The translations under genes and the position numbers were made by a program. Below the pieces are notes generated by a model that had not been told where the DNA came from, did no database searches, and worked only from the letters and a program-made list of their open reading frames with translations. From positions 512,001 through 576,000 of the forward strand of contig CAWFOU010000007.1 of assembly GCA_963817525.1 (NCBI GenBank): a DNA stretch of 64,000 bases, read 5' to 3'. The number at the start of each line of letters is the position of its first letter. The first letter of the stretch is position 1. Of the stretch, positions 50,293-59,448 are shown piece after piece. Source of the stretch: an uncultured archaeon (GTDB lineage: Archaea > Thermoproteota > Nitrososphaeria > Nitrososphaerales > Gagatemarchaeaceae).

Positions 50293-50601
50293 TCAGAGTT
50301 CTAAGCTGATCCGGGCGAGGTAGGCGTAATGCTCCTTCGTCTCGGGGGCGTGCGGTAGCTCATCGAGTCTGCGACCCGCTGGTTGGGGCGTCTCCAGCCC
50401 GTCAGATTTGAGATGCGCTTGGAACTCCGGGTCGGTCAGTTCAAAGACTTGAACGACCTCGTCTTTCCTCGCGTCGACTATCTCGACGCCGGAGATCGGG
50501 TGGAAGCCCCTCGCCTCGAGCGGCTGCATCCTGTCCCACATCTCCTTCACCGCGCCCTGGATCGTCTCCCCCCTCCCGTCGATCTTGATTGTCTCTGGCA
50601 T
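50293..50601 (-). CDS. Hypothetical protein
   Basis: MPETIKIDG...; stop abuts R10. Confidence 0.55.
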   Translation of the reverse strand: MPETIKIDGRGETIQGAVKEMWDRMQPLEARGFHPISGVEIVDARKDEVVQVFELTDPEFQAHLKSDGLETPQPAGRRLDELPHAPETKEHYAYLARISLEL

Positions 50602-50663
50602 CGTGCCTGGAAGGGGTCGACCTCGGCCGCTACTTACCCCTGAGATGTGGCGGGTGCGTTGGC

Positions 50664-51773
50664 TTAGGGAAAGTAGACCGCTGTCAACGAGATCGTCGTG
50701 TTCGTGCTTGGCACGATCACTGTCTCGAGCCATGTCGACCCATCGTTTTGCCAATGGCCAAAGGTCTCCGACCCATAGGAGGCCGCTGATATTTGGTAGA
50801 ACTGGTCGTTGTTCACCGTGAATGAGCACGGTGAGTAGCAGCTTTGGAGCGGGACGGAGTAGTATTGCCAGAGAGTGACGTAGTAGCCGGTTATCGCGCT
50901 TCCATAAGAGTTGATGGTCGAGATGTCGATCGTCGATGTCCCGCTGCCGCCCGCGCCCCCAACCGAAAAATCCTTGACGATCTCGGTGGCATATGTGACG
51001 GACTGGAAGCTAGCTCCCCAGTCAATGTAGAACGTCGCTTCGAAGGTGCCTCTTGCCACCACCTGGTACTCCGTGCCCCAAGGGCAATATGGATAGAGAA
51101 TGCTCGACGGGGACCTTGGAGTCACGGTCCCGCCCTGGATGATGAGGTTGGTCGAGCATCCAACGTTTGCGCTGGGCGGGTTGACTGTCATTGCCACTAT
51201 CGGAAGGGGAGCCGAGCACGCGGTACTTGTTGATGTGCTATTCACTACTGTGGTCGTCCCAGATGCGGTCGCTGTTACGGTGTTCGTTACTATCGTGCTG
51301 GAAGCCATGCTCGTAGTCACCGTGGTGAGGCAGGAGATTGGCGCGAGTTGGATGACACCGGGAATCGTGTACCAGATGTCTGACTGACCCTGATTGGCCA
51401 GGGTGACATCGAATTTTAGGTCATCACCAAGGGAGGCGTTCTCCACACTTATCGAAAGCACTCTCAACTGGTTGGGACTCAGCGCGGCAGCTGAAGACGT
51501 GTTCGAGGGAGTCCCCACGACACCGGAGGTGGTCGTCATGTTGGTGCTTATGCTCGAAGTGCTCACGGTGGTCGTGTTAGTGGCGATGCTCGGATTGCTG
51601 ATGGTGCTCGGGATTGCGCTGGTGGCGCTTGCAGTCCCGCTTGCTCCCGGCGTTCGGGTGGCCGTCAGATATGAAGCGGCGACTCCTCCCAGGAGAACGA
51701 TTGCAATGATGATGATCGCTGCTGCAACTCGCCCGATGCCCTGCCGCCCTTGGCCGATCATCTGACTGTCCAT
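50664..51773 (-). CDS. Secreted Ser/Thr-rich surface protein
   Basis: Class III-like signal (RQG-IGRVAAAIII), Thr-rich linkers, Ig-like C-terminal domain. Confidence 0.7.
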   Translation of the reverse strand: MDSQMIGQGRQGIGRVAAAIIIIAIVLLGGVAASYLTATRTPGASGTASATSAIPSTISNPSIATNTTTVSTSSISTNMTTTSGVVGTPSNTSSAAALSPNQLRVLSISVENASLGDDLKFDVTLANQGQSDIWYTIPGVIQLAPISCLTTVTTSMASSTIVTNTVTATASGTTTVVNSTSTSTACSAPLPIVAMTVNPPSANVGCSTNLIIQGGTVTPRSPSSILYPYCPWGTEYQVVARGTFEATFYIDWGASFQSVTYATEIVKDFSVGGAGGSGTSTIDISTINSYGSAITGYYVTLWQYYSVPLQSCYSPCSFTVNNDQFYQISAASYGSETFGHWQNDGSTWLETVIVPSTNTTISLTAVYFP

Positions 51774-51846
51774 CGTGAAGTGACGGGACCAGCTAATACA
51801 CCTTCCGCGTCTATGATCCTTGCTCGAAGAGCTCCGCCAAGTTGCT

Positions 51847-51897
51847 AGAATGAAGGGATTGCCGTACGTAAGGGTTCGTTGCGCCTCGGCCGGGACA
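51847..51897 (-). repeat. rRNA-trailer copy R9
   Basis: GCCGTACGTAAGGGTTCGTTGCGCCTCGGCCGGG. Confidence 0.85.
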
Positions 51898-51920
51898 GTA
51901 ACCTGTTTGCGTCTTGGGCG

Positions 51921-52331
51921 CTATTTCATGCCCTTGATGGTGGCTACGTCCTCGTCGAACGACCGCTCAAGCATCTGCTTGACCGCCTTCATTGTGCTTT
52001 CGTCGCTTGCTCCGGCCATCTTGTACTCGCCCACCACGGTTATGGCGGTCTTGTTGCCCTTCCGGGTGTAGTAACTGAAGACCTTGGAACCGGCCGTTGG
52101 GCCTTCGAGGTGCTCCTGAACGATCCCCAGGGGAGGGTACATGGTTATCCTTAGCTTCGACCTCACCGCCTTTCCGTCGACTTCCCTCTCGCTCGTAAGC
52201 GTGAGGACGTTTCCCTGCAGCTCCCTGCTTATGACCTTCGCGGAGTGCTTGTGCGTCTCGCTCGGCAGGTATTCCCACAGCCTTTCAAGAGGCATGTTGA
52301 ACTCGCTCCCCTCGTCCATTATGTAGACCAT
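51921..52331 (-). CDS. START/SRPBCC-like protein (sole gene between R9 and R8)
   Basis: PLERLWEYL...EGPTAGS...FDED. Confidence 0.65.
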   Translation of the reverse strand: MVYIMDEGSEFNMPLERLWEYLPSETHKHSAKVISRELQGNVLTLTSEREVDGKAVRSKLRITMYPPLGIVQEHLEGPTAGSKVFSYYTRKGNKTAITVVGEYKMAGASDESTMKAVKQMLERSFDEDVATIKGMK

Positions 52332-52371
52332 TGTCGTTCAACACCACTTGTTGTTGGGTTGCTTAAAGGCG

Positions 52372-52409
52372 TTCGCCATGCATAAAGGTTCATCGCGCCT
52401 CCGCCGGGG
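52372..52409 (-). repeat. rRNA-trailer copy R8
   Basis: TTCGCCATGCATAAAGGTTCATCGCGCCTCCGCCGGGG. Confidence 0.88.
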
Positions 52410-52470
52410 AGTTTGGATCCCCTACTTCAGTTCCGGCAGGCGAATTCCTGGCGACCTGATCCGCTCCCCG

Positions 52471-52995
52471 TCAAGGGATAACCGCGTATTCGCTCTTGAC
52501 CAGTCCACTTGGATAGGCATGGGTGGCAATATGCTGAATGTGGATTTCTCGCGGCAGTTTTCCGAACAGCGGAATTCCGTTTCCCAAGAGGATCGGCACT
52601 CGGGTGATGGTTAGGTCTTGGATCAGGCCTTCTTCCATGAATGCCCTTATCGTCGCTCCTCCGTCAACGTAGATGTGTTTGACACCACGTTCGGCGAGTC
52701 GAGCCACGACTTGCGAAGGCGGACCGGTCATGACCTCGCATATGGCCCCTGCAGGGACTTGTACTTCCCTCATTTTTGTGCTCAGAACGATGACACGTCT
52801 ATTTCCATATGGCCAAGCATCGAAGGTCATTACTGTCTCGAACGTCTTACGCCCAATGACGACGGCGTCTACAGTGGCCATGAACTCAAGATATCCGTGA
52901 GGCTCGCCTCCATCGGCCGGCAACCAGTCAAGCCCCCCATCTTCCCGCGCGATGAAGCCGTCGACGCTTGTAGCGATGAAGACCGATGCTTTCAT
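52471..52995 (-). CDS. Dihydrofolate reductase-like (RibD C-terminal) protein
   Basis: IATSVDGFIA, GRKTFE, YVDGG, PILLGNGIPLF. Confidence 0.9.
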   Translation of the reverse strand: MKASVFIATSVDGFIAREDGGLDWLPADGGEPHGYLEFMATVDAVVIGRKTFETVMTFDAWPYGNRRVIVLSTKMREVQVPAGAICEVMTGPPSQVVARLAERGVKHIYVDGGATIRAFMEEGLIQDLTITRVPILLGNGIPLFGKLPREIHIQHIATHAYPSGLVKSEYAVIP

Positions 52996-53184
52996 TCTGC
53001 CGTGGGAGGGTCGCTGTCTAGTTCAGGATTGCGGTCATTCCTCTTCAATTCCAAATCGCCGGCCCGTGGTAGGCTTGGAAGGGAATACTCCGGAGGCTTG
53101 AAATCCACACCTTCAAGCGATTTGAACACCTCAGGACATAGGACGTCGTTGTCGCCCTTGTAGCCGATCTCGAGAGTGATTTTC

Positions 53185-53219
53185 CGCCATGCATAAGGGA
53201 TTCATTGCGCCTCCGCAGG
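53185..53219 (-). repeat. rRNA-trailer copy R7
   Basis: CGCCATGCATAAGGGATTCATTGCGCCTCCGC. Confidence 0.85.
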
Positions 53220-53244
53220 CTTCGAGGTTCTTGCCCAGGGCAGG

Positions 53245-54474
53245 TCAACAGGTTCCCCCACCCCCATTGACGAGGGCGCTGTCCACGCTGCCCGGGCTGC
53301 TCGCTACGGGGAAGGCGATGAGAGCCCCGACAAAAGCCCCGTACTGGCCCCCTGCCGAAGGCGTCTGGAGCGATGCTCCATAGAGCGTCACCATGAGCTG
53401 GTTGGTGCTTGGGTCGAAAGCCACGAACTGGCCTTCTGCTGGGAGAGAGTACATGTTCACCAGCGCCCCCGTCGAGCCGTCATAGACCAGTACGTAGGGC
53501 CACGCCAGCGAGACCGCGGCGACTTCGTTCAGGGAGGGGATCACCACCATGTTGCTGAAGATGCCGCATTCGAGGGGGTTGACCTCGAACACGACGTTGC
53601 CGTTGGTGGCGTTGAGGGCGACGAGCTGGTCGCCAGAGACGTACGCCAAGCCCGCGGACGGATTCACCACGACCGTGGGAGCGGAGGAAGAGTGCAGTCG
53701 AAGAGTGGCTACCACCTCCCCGCTCGTCCCGTTCACCGCCGAGGCGATGGAGTCGCATGGGGTGTAGGTGCACCCGGCGGCAAAGACCATGCCCGTCTCC
53801 GGGTCCACCGCGATGCTGGTGATCGGATATCCGAGGGAGACGCTCACGACGACCGCCCCGGTCAGGACATCGACGCCTTCGAGTCTAGGCCCTAATGCGA
53901 TGCCGTAGATTACGTGGGTGGAGGAGTCCATTGCCAGCGGTCCATAAAGCTGTGCGGGGAGGACCCTTACGACCTCGTTCGTGATGCTGCCCGTCTTCCC
54001 GGGCTCGCCGTTCCCCGCCCCGCCCGAGCTGGCTACGCTCGTGTTGACCTCCGCGAGTCCTGCCGCCGTGATATTCGCAACCCCGACGTAGACGATGTTC
54101 GTGCTGGGGTCGATTGCGATTCCGTTGCTGGAATAGGGCAAGGTGGTGATGTACGGCCCCGAGAACGGGAGCAACTCAAAGGTGGTAAGGTTGTCCGAGA
54201 ACGGGCTCGCAACGTAGACCACGTTGTCGTTTGGGTTCACCGCGAAATACTCGGGCTGTCCACGGATGGTCGCATACCCGCTCTCGATGTCCGACGCATT
54301 GATCGGTACCCCAACGGTTAGCGTGGAGGTGACCGTCCTGTCAACGGTCGCGCTGGAGACAACGGTCGTTGTCGAGGTCGCGAATTTTGTCTGCGAGCCG
54401 CCGGCTAGATACCCCACGCCCAAGCTCGCCACGACCAGAATCGCGATGACCGCCGCTGTTGCCTCCTTCCTCAT
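53245..54474 (-). CDS. Secreted YVTN/YncE-like beta-propeller protein
   Basis: Repeats AVNP..N.VYV; signal peptide and Thr linker. Confidence 0.8.
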   Translation of the reverse strand: MRKEATAAVIAILVVASLGVGYLAGGSQTKFATSTTTVVSSATVDRTVTSTLTVGVPINASDIESGYATIRGQPEYFAVNPNDNVVYVASPFSDNLTTFELLPFSGPYITTLPYSSNGIAIDPSTNIVYVGVANITAAGLAEVNTSVASSGGAGNGEPGKTGSITNEVVRVLPAQLYGPLAMDSSTHVIYGIALGPRLEGVDVLTGAVVVSVSLGYPITSIAVDPETGMVFAAGCTYTPCDSIASAVNGTSGEVVATLRLHSSSAPTVVVNPSAGLAYVSGDQLVALNATNGNVVFEVNPLECGIFSNMVVIPSLNEVAAVSLAWPYVLVYDGSTGALVNMYSLPAEGQFVAFDPSTNQLMVTLYGASLQTPSAGGQYGAFVGALIAFPVASSPGSVDSALVNGGGGTC

Positions 54475-54543
54475 GGCTTCCTCAGGATTCGAGTGCGGTG
54501 GTGGCTATTGAACATGATAGAACAAACCTCAATGTGAGAAGTG

Positions 54544-55680
54544 ATGAAGTTGCCGTACAAGGATGGGCGCACGAGGAGTCGCAGCAGACTTTTCTACAAG
54601 AACCGCATCGCTCCCTTCGGTTTGAGGTCTGCCGATACCTCCAAATCAGCACGAAGCCGCCTGAGGTGGGCTGCCTACATGGTGGTCGGCATGGTCTTAG
54701 TGGCCGCCCTTGCCGTCGGGGTCAATGCCTACCTCAAGACCAGCAGCATCTCCCTCTCCGTCGCGACCAATCAGTCAATCTCAGTCCAGGGGAGCCTGAT
54801 AACGCCGCCCGCTAGCCTCCCCGGCGCGCCGCCCATTCTGACCGCGGGGCCTATCGGCGCAAGGCTGACGGACATCAACGTCCCGCTCAACGCCACCGAG
54901 CTCGCCGTCATCAACGACGCCCCGGACTCCTATTTTGTGACCGCCGCCCAGAAGTATCTCAACGGCACCCTCGGCATGGCGGTCGGCATCCCGATCCGTC
55001 CCGCGCCGTCCTTCATCGTCAACGGAAAGCCGACCGTGATATACCTTGGCGCGATCTCGTGCCCGGACTGCGCGGAGAACCGCTGGGCGATGGCGCTCGC
55101 CCTGAGCAGGTTCGGCTCCTTCAATCAACTCTTCAAAGGCTACAGCTCGCTGGAGGACGGTGACGTCCCGACCCTCTACTGGGCGCCGGCCCAGTACAAC
55201 GCCACGCAGGGCGTCGATTTTGGGAACTTCTACACGAGCAAGTACGTCAACTTTCTCTCGATTGATTATGCCTCGCCGATAACGCAGGGATACACCATTC
55301 CGCCCCTAACCTACTTCCAACACGAGGCAGAGGCGCTGCGGAACCCCATCTACTCCGACGCGACGAACATCCTGATAGGGCTGAACGACTACGTCGGCAC
55401 CCCGGACACAGTCTGGGGTAGCTATAGCGTCCCCGGCGCGGATGCGATGGACTTTGGGGCCCCGCCCCCTCAACAATACTTCCTCGCGGCGCTTCCGATG
55501 GTCGCGTTCACCCACGACCAAATCCTGGCGATGTTGGCGAGCCCCCGCACCGACTTCGCTTGGACGGAGTACGCGGCGGCCGACTACTACGTCGCCCTGG
55601 TCTGCGCGAGCGGCGACGTCCCCGCCCCTGTATGCAGCCTCCCTTCGGTCTCGACCATGGTCTCCGAGATTCGGGCCTGA
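54544..55680 (+). CDS. DUF929-like membrane-anchored thioredoxin-fold protein
   Basis: GKPTVIYLGAISCPDCAENRWA..ALSRFG. Confidence 0.75.
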   Translation: MKLPYKDGRTRSRSRLFYKNRIAPFGLRSADTSKSARSRLRWAAYMVVGMVLVAALAVGVNAYLKTSSISLSVATNQSISVQGSLITPPASLPGAPPILTAGPIGARLTDINVPLNATELAVINDAPDSYFVTAAQKYLNGTLGMAVGIPIRPAPSFIVNGKPTVIYLGAISCPDCAENRWAMALALSRFGSFNQLFKGYSSLEDGDVPTLYWAPAQYNATQGVDFGNFYTSKYVNFLSIDYASPITQGYTIPPLTYFQHEAEALRNPIYSDATNILIGLNDYVGTPDTVWGSYSVPGADAMDFGAPPPQQYFLAALPMVAFTHDQILAMLASPRTDFAWTEYAAADYYVALVCASGDVPAPVCSLPSVSTMVSEIRA

Positions 55681-55967
55681 CCCGAAAAGTCCGAGGCCCA
55701 TCGTCGAACCCTGTAGACGCGGTCGTGGTGCTCGTGGTCCTCGAGAACCACGGTCTTTCTTGCCTCGTCTACTGAGAACAACAAGACATGGCTGCCGACG
55801 TGCACCCGCCTCTTGCCGGCGAGCGGGAAGCTGAGGGGCTTGTAGGCGTGGGGGTCGCGAGCTATCTCTTCGATCTTCTTCGCTATCGCTTCCATTCGTT
55901 TGGCGTCTTTCTTGGCCAGCTTCCTGAACGTCCTATCGAGGCGGTCCCTGATCTCTATGTCATACAT
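55587..55967 (-). CDS. relE: RelE/ParE toxin; reads through past the expected stop
   Basis: KLAKKD, YKPL..PLAGKRRVHV, HHDRVYR, then about 40 unrelated aa overlapping the convergent gene. Confidence 0.8.
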   Translation of the reverse strand: MYDIEIRDRLDRTFRKLAKKDAKRMEAIAKKIEEIARDPHAYKPLSFPLAGKRRVHVGSHVLLFSVDEARKTVVLEDHEHHDRVYRVRRWASDFSGQARISETMVETEGRLHTGAGTSPLAQTRAT

Positions 55968-56210
55968 TCATTTCAGTCCGTATCTCTTCCGCAGCTCGGC
56001 GGTGCTTCCCACCCTGATTATGGGCTCCTTCTGAATTTCCATGAGCTTGCGGATGTATTCGGCACTGAACTCCGACTCCAAGACGATTTCCTTGTACTGC
56101 TTCGCCATCTTGTTGATTGCCTGGGACTTGTCCCTCAGCCCGTACTGCGCCTTTAGGAGATTGATGACCTTGTTGGCTTCCTCGTCAATCTCCACGATCG
56201 CCTTGACCAT
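55968..56210 (-). CDS. DUF2683-type antitoxin
   Basis: MVKAIVEIDEEANKVINLLKAQYGLRDKSQAI; abuts the toxin. Confidence 0.8.
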   Translation of the reverse strand: MVKAIVEIDEEANKVINLLKAQYGLRDKSQAINKMAKQYKEIVLESEFSAEYIRKLMEIQKEPIIRVGSTAELRKRYGLK

Positions 56211-56278
56211 ATTAATATGATGTTAATACGCGAACTATTTAGCGGTTGTGCGTCGAGCGTGATCTACGCGGTGCGCAG

Positions 56279-56300
56279 AGGGTTAGTTGCGCCTCCGCCG
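56279..56300 (-). repeat. rRNA-trailer copy R6
   Basis: AGGGTTAGTTGCGCCTCCGCCG. Confidence 0.78.
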
Positions 56301-56303
56301 CTT

Positions 56304-56823
56304 CTACGGGGTCGCCGTGGTGGTGACGGTAGAAGTGACCACAGGCAGCGCGCTGAACGTGCAACTGGTCACGGTGACGGTTTGGGCGTAGCTGGTCGAG
56401 GTCGCAGTCACCGTGGTCGTGGAGGCCGGGGGCGCTGGCCCGACCGTGATCGTAGTGGTTTCTGTCGTAATGACCGGCATGTAGGTACAGTCGGTGGTCG
56501 GAATGGCGTAACTCGTCGTAGCCTGCGATGCTTGGGTCGTGAGGGTGGTCGTCACCGTGACGGTCGCGACCGCGGTATTCGACGAAATCCCTGCGCCGCC
56601 AGACGCGCTTGAGACTGAGGTCGGCGTTCCCTAGAGAATTCGACGACGATGTTGTTTGGACTGGGGGTCCAAACCCGCCAACATTTGACACAGTGGACCC
56701 GCAGATGGGGGGACAAGTGAACGTTTTCGTCGGCGTGCTAACAGCCTCTGTCTCCAAGATACCCGCGACGGCCACCCCGACGACAATCAGGACCGCGATT
56801 ACGGCAAGCGCGAGTCTGTTCAA
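56304..56823 (-). pseudogene. Thr-rich secreted protein, frameshifted
   Basis: Signal peptide frame shifts near 56630 into the Thr-rich frame ending at 56304. Confidence 0.6.
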
Positions 56824-56896
56824 GCATCGGCACTTGACTGAGCAGAGCTGTCAGAATCATAAATGGGTTTGTCCGAACGCCTTAGGCTCCGGTAAT

Positions 56897-56953
56897 TTGA
56901 GAAAATGCGGGCATTGTAGCCGTGCATAAGGGTCATTGCGCCTCCGCCGGGGC
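56897..56953 (-). repeat. rRNA-trailer copy R5, including the U-rich terminator-like end
   Basis: TTGAGAAAATGCGGGC...GCCGTGCATAAGGGTCATTGCGCCTCCGCCGGGGC vs native 62122-62175. Confidence 0.92.
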
Positions 56954-57048
56954 GCTTCTCTCTCATGTCGGCCGATGGTTAGGACGGAAAGGCGACCACG
57001 CCCTTGCCGATGTCGTGTTTATCTAGTGTAGACGGCCATTACCCCCGC

Positions 57049-58995
57049 TTGGCCAACCCCAGGGGATCGCCCGCTGCGAGGCGAGGCCTTGTGCTCGGGC
57101 TCCTCGTGATCGCCCAGTTCGTTGTCATCCTGGATTTCTCGATAGTCCAGATCGCCTTGCCCACGATACGGGGCCAGCTCCACATCTCGATAGCCGACAG
57201 TCAGTGGATCGTGAGCGCGTTCGGCATCACCATCGCAGGCCTCCTCCTGCTGAGCGCCCGCGCCGCCGACTCCTACGGGCGCCGAAGGGTCTTCAGCATC
57301 GGGCTCCTGATCTTCGCCCTCTCTTCTCTCTCCGGGGGACTGGCTCCCTCGGAGGTAGTCCTGCTCGTCTCGAGGGCGGTTCAGGGGGTGGGCGCTGCCA
57401 TGGCCTCGTCCACTGCGCTCTCCCTCCTGCAGATCAACTTCCCCGAAGGGCCCGAGAGGAACCGGGCCCTGAGCGTCTTCGCGGCTGTGTCGTCCGCAGG
57501 GTTCGCGGCAGGGGTGGTCCTGGGAGGCGCGCTGACGGCGGCCTTCGGGTGGAGGGCGGTCTTCTTCATCAACGTGCCCATCGGGCTGGTCGCTGCCTTC
57601 CTAGCGCCCAGGATAGTCGCGGAGAGCAAGGTGGAGGGAACGGGAAAGCACCTCGACCTTCCGGGGGCCTTGGCCGTCACGGCTGGTCTGGCCCTCCTCG
57701 TCTACGCCCTCACCGAGGCTGCGAACACGGGCCTCCTCTCCTCTGGGAGCCTGATCCCGCTGGGTCTCTCCGCATTCGCGCTCGTCGCCTTCCTCCTCGT
57801 CGAGCGCCGCTCCAAAGCGCCCTTGCTCCCTCTCTCCTTCCTGCGCCGCAGGGCGGTGCTCGGTGCGAACGTCCTCGCCCTGGTGCGGACCGCCGCCCAG
57901 GTGCCCATCGTGTTCCTTCTCACGATCTATCTCCAGCAGGTGCGGGGCTACTCGGCGCTCGACGCGGGGCTGGCCTTCGTGCCTCAGGCCTTGGTCTTCA
58001 TGTTCGCCGGTGGCTACCTCGCGAGCAGGCTGGTCCTCCGGTTTGGGACGCGTCCCGTGCTCATGGCTGGGATGGCGATAATGGCCCTCGGGTCTCTCAC
58101 CCTCTTGAGGCTGACAGTCGACACCTCCTTCCTTCTCGGCCTCCTCCCCTCGATGCTCCTCGTCGCGTTCGGCGGGGCCATCTCTTTCACGGCCGTAAGC
58201 ATGGTCGCGCTGGCGGGAGCGTCCCCCGGCGAGGCGGGGCTCGCCTCGGGTCTTGTGAACACGTCGACCCAGGTCGGCGGGCCGATAGGCCTGGCCGTCG
58301 CGGTGACAATAGCCGGAGCGGCGGGCTCGGCGACCGAATCCGCGCTCGTCACTGGGTTCGGGTACGCGTTCCTGGGAGGCGCAGTGCTCTCCGCACTCGG
58401 AGTACTCGTCGCCGCCTCCATGGGACACCCAAGGGCGGTCGTCGCCCCGAGCGAAACGGCGCGTTTGCGGGCGCACGAGCCAATCGTCTCGACGATGCCC
58501 CCGCCGTCCCAGCACACCCCCGCCGCGGCCCCTCTCCACCCCAGCACGCTCAGGAGGATCTTGGTCGCTGTGGACGGCTCCCAGAACGGGGAGCGGGCAG
58601 CGGCAACGGCAATCCAGCTCGCCAAGGACTACACGGCCGAGCTCATCGTCCTGCGCGTGGTCAAGACGCCTATCAGCTATCTCCCGGCAACCCCGACTGG
58701 GAGCGGCGGGCCCTCGGTCATCAGGGACTACTACGACCACGCCCAGAAGGATGCGAGCGAGTACGTCGACGGAGTGGTCGCGAGGGCGAGGGAAGAGGGA
58801 GTGGAGGCGAGGGGCGAGGCGGTCAGGACAACGGTGTCGCCCGCCGGCGCCATCGTTGGGAGGGCGAGGTCGGAGCACGCCGACCTGATAATCATTGGGT
58901 CCAGAGGCCTCGACAGGCCGCGCAGGCTCCTCCTTGGGAGCGTGTCCGCTGGCGTGGCAGCGAACCCCAAGATAGCCACACTGGTGGTAAAGTAG
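57049..58995 (+). CDS. DHA2-family MFS transporter fused to a UspA domain
   Basis: LDFSIVQIALP, ADSYGRRR, WRAVFFINVP; ILVAVDGS..IIGSRG..LLGSVS. Confidence 0.9.
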   Translation: MANPRGSPAARRGLVLGLLVIAQFVVILDFSIVQIALPTIRGQLHISIADSQWIVSAFGITIAGLLLLSARAADSYGRRRVFSIGLLIFALSSLSGGLAPSEVVLLVSRAVQGVGAAMASSTALSLLQINFPEGPERNRALSVFAAVSSAGFAAGVVLGGALTAAFGWRAVFFINVPIGLVAAFLAPRIVAESKVEGTGKHLDLPGALAVTAGLALLVYALTEAANTGLLSSGSLIPLGLSAFALVAFLLVERRSKAPLLPLSFLRRRAVLGANVLALVRTAAQVPIVFLLTIYLQQVRGYSALDAGLAFVPQALVFMFAGGYLASRLVLRFGTRPVLMAGMAIMALGSLTLLRLTVDTSFLLGLLPSMLLVAFGGAISFTAVSMVALAGASPGEAGLASGLVNTSTQVGGPIGLAVAVTIAGAAGSATESALVTGFGYAFLGGAVLSALGVLVAASMGHPRAVVAPSETARLRAHEPIVSTMPPPSQHTPAAAPLHPSTLRRILVAVDGSQNGERAAATAIQLAKDYTAELIVLRVVKTPISYLPATPTGSGGPSVIRDYYDHAQKDASEYVDGVVARAREEGVEARGEAVRTTVSPAGAIVGRARSEHADLIIIGSRGLDRPRRLLLGSVSAGVAANPKIATLVVK

Positions 58996-59047
58996 GGTTC
59001 GTTGCGCCTCCGCCGGGGCGATTCATCTGCATGTTGGGCAATAGGTA
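58993..59047 (-). repeat. rRNA-trailer/23S-end copy R4
   Basis: TAGGGTTCGTTGCGCCTCCGCCGGGGC..TTCAT..GTTG..ATAGGTA. Confidence 0.92.
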
Positions 59048-59084
59048 AGTGTTTTTACCGGATGTTATGCAGAACATCTGTACA

Positions 59085-59354
59085 ATGTCGGAGTCTGAAA
59101 AGAAATATCTGATCAACATAGATTTTCCGGAGCGCTCCCGAATTCACCTCAACCCGAATCTATTCCAACTGGACTCTCGGTGTCGGACAGGCAAAAAGAT
59201 TCCAAGCGACGGAGGAACGGTCTATGCTTCACAGGCGGAGGCCCAACGCTACTTAGCCCTAAAGGGGAGTCTGAGGTTCCGGGGAAGGGAAGTGACGAAT
59301 TTGCAGACCTGTAAGCTTTGCTCGAAGCTCCCCGAATATGGACTGAAAGTCTGA
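59085..59354 (+). CDS. Small hypothetical protein (sole gene between R4 and R3)
   Basis: 89 aa, CKLC near the C-terminus. Confidence 0.55.
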   Translation: MSESEKKYLINIDFPERSRIHLNPNLFQLDSRCRTGKKIPSDGGTVYASQAEAQRYLALKGSLRFRGREVTNLQTCKLCSKLPEYGLKV

Positions 59355-59369
59355 TGATTCCTGAACAGG

Positions 59370-59429
59370 GGGTTCATTGCGCCTTCGCCCGGGCATTTCA
59401 CTCGTATGCTGCCTTAGGGTAGTGGACGG
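59370..59429 (-). repeat. rRNA-trailer/23S-end copy R3
   Basis: GGGTTCATTGCGCCTTCGCCCGGGCATTTCA...GGTAGTGGACGG. Confidence 0.92.
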
Positions 59430-59448
59430 TCTACGTGGTCTTTCGTGC

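Noticed and set aside
828-59048. Many long alternative-frame ORFs (e.g. 828..2279, 5190..6290, 32325..33563, 37469..38737, 57204..59048)
   Set aside because: Shadow ORFs of GC-rich genes that overlap well-supported CDSs and have no motifs
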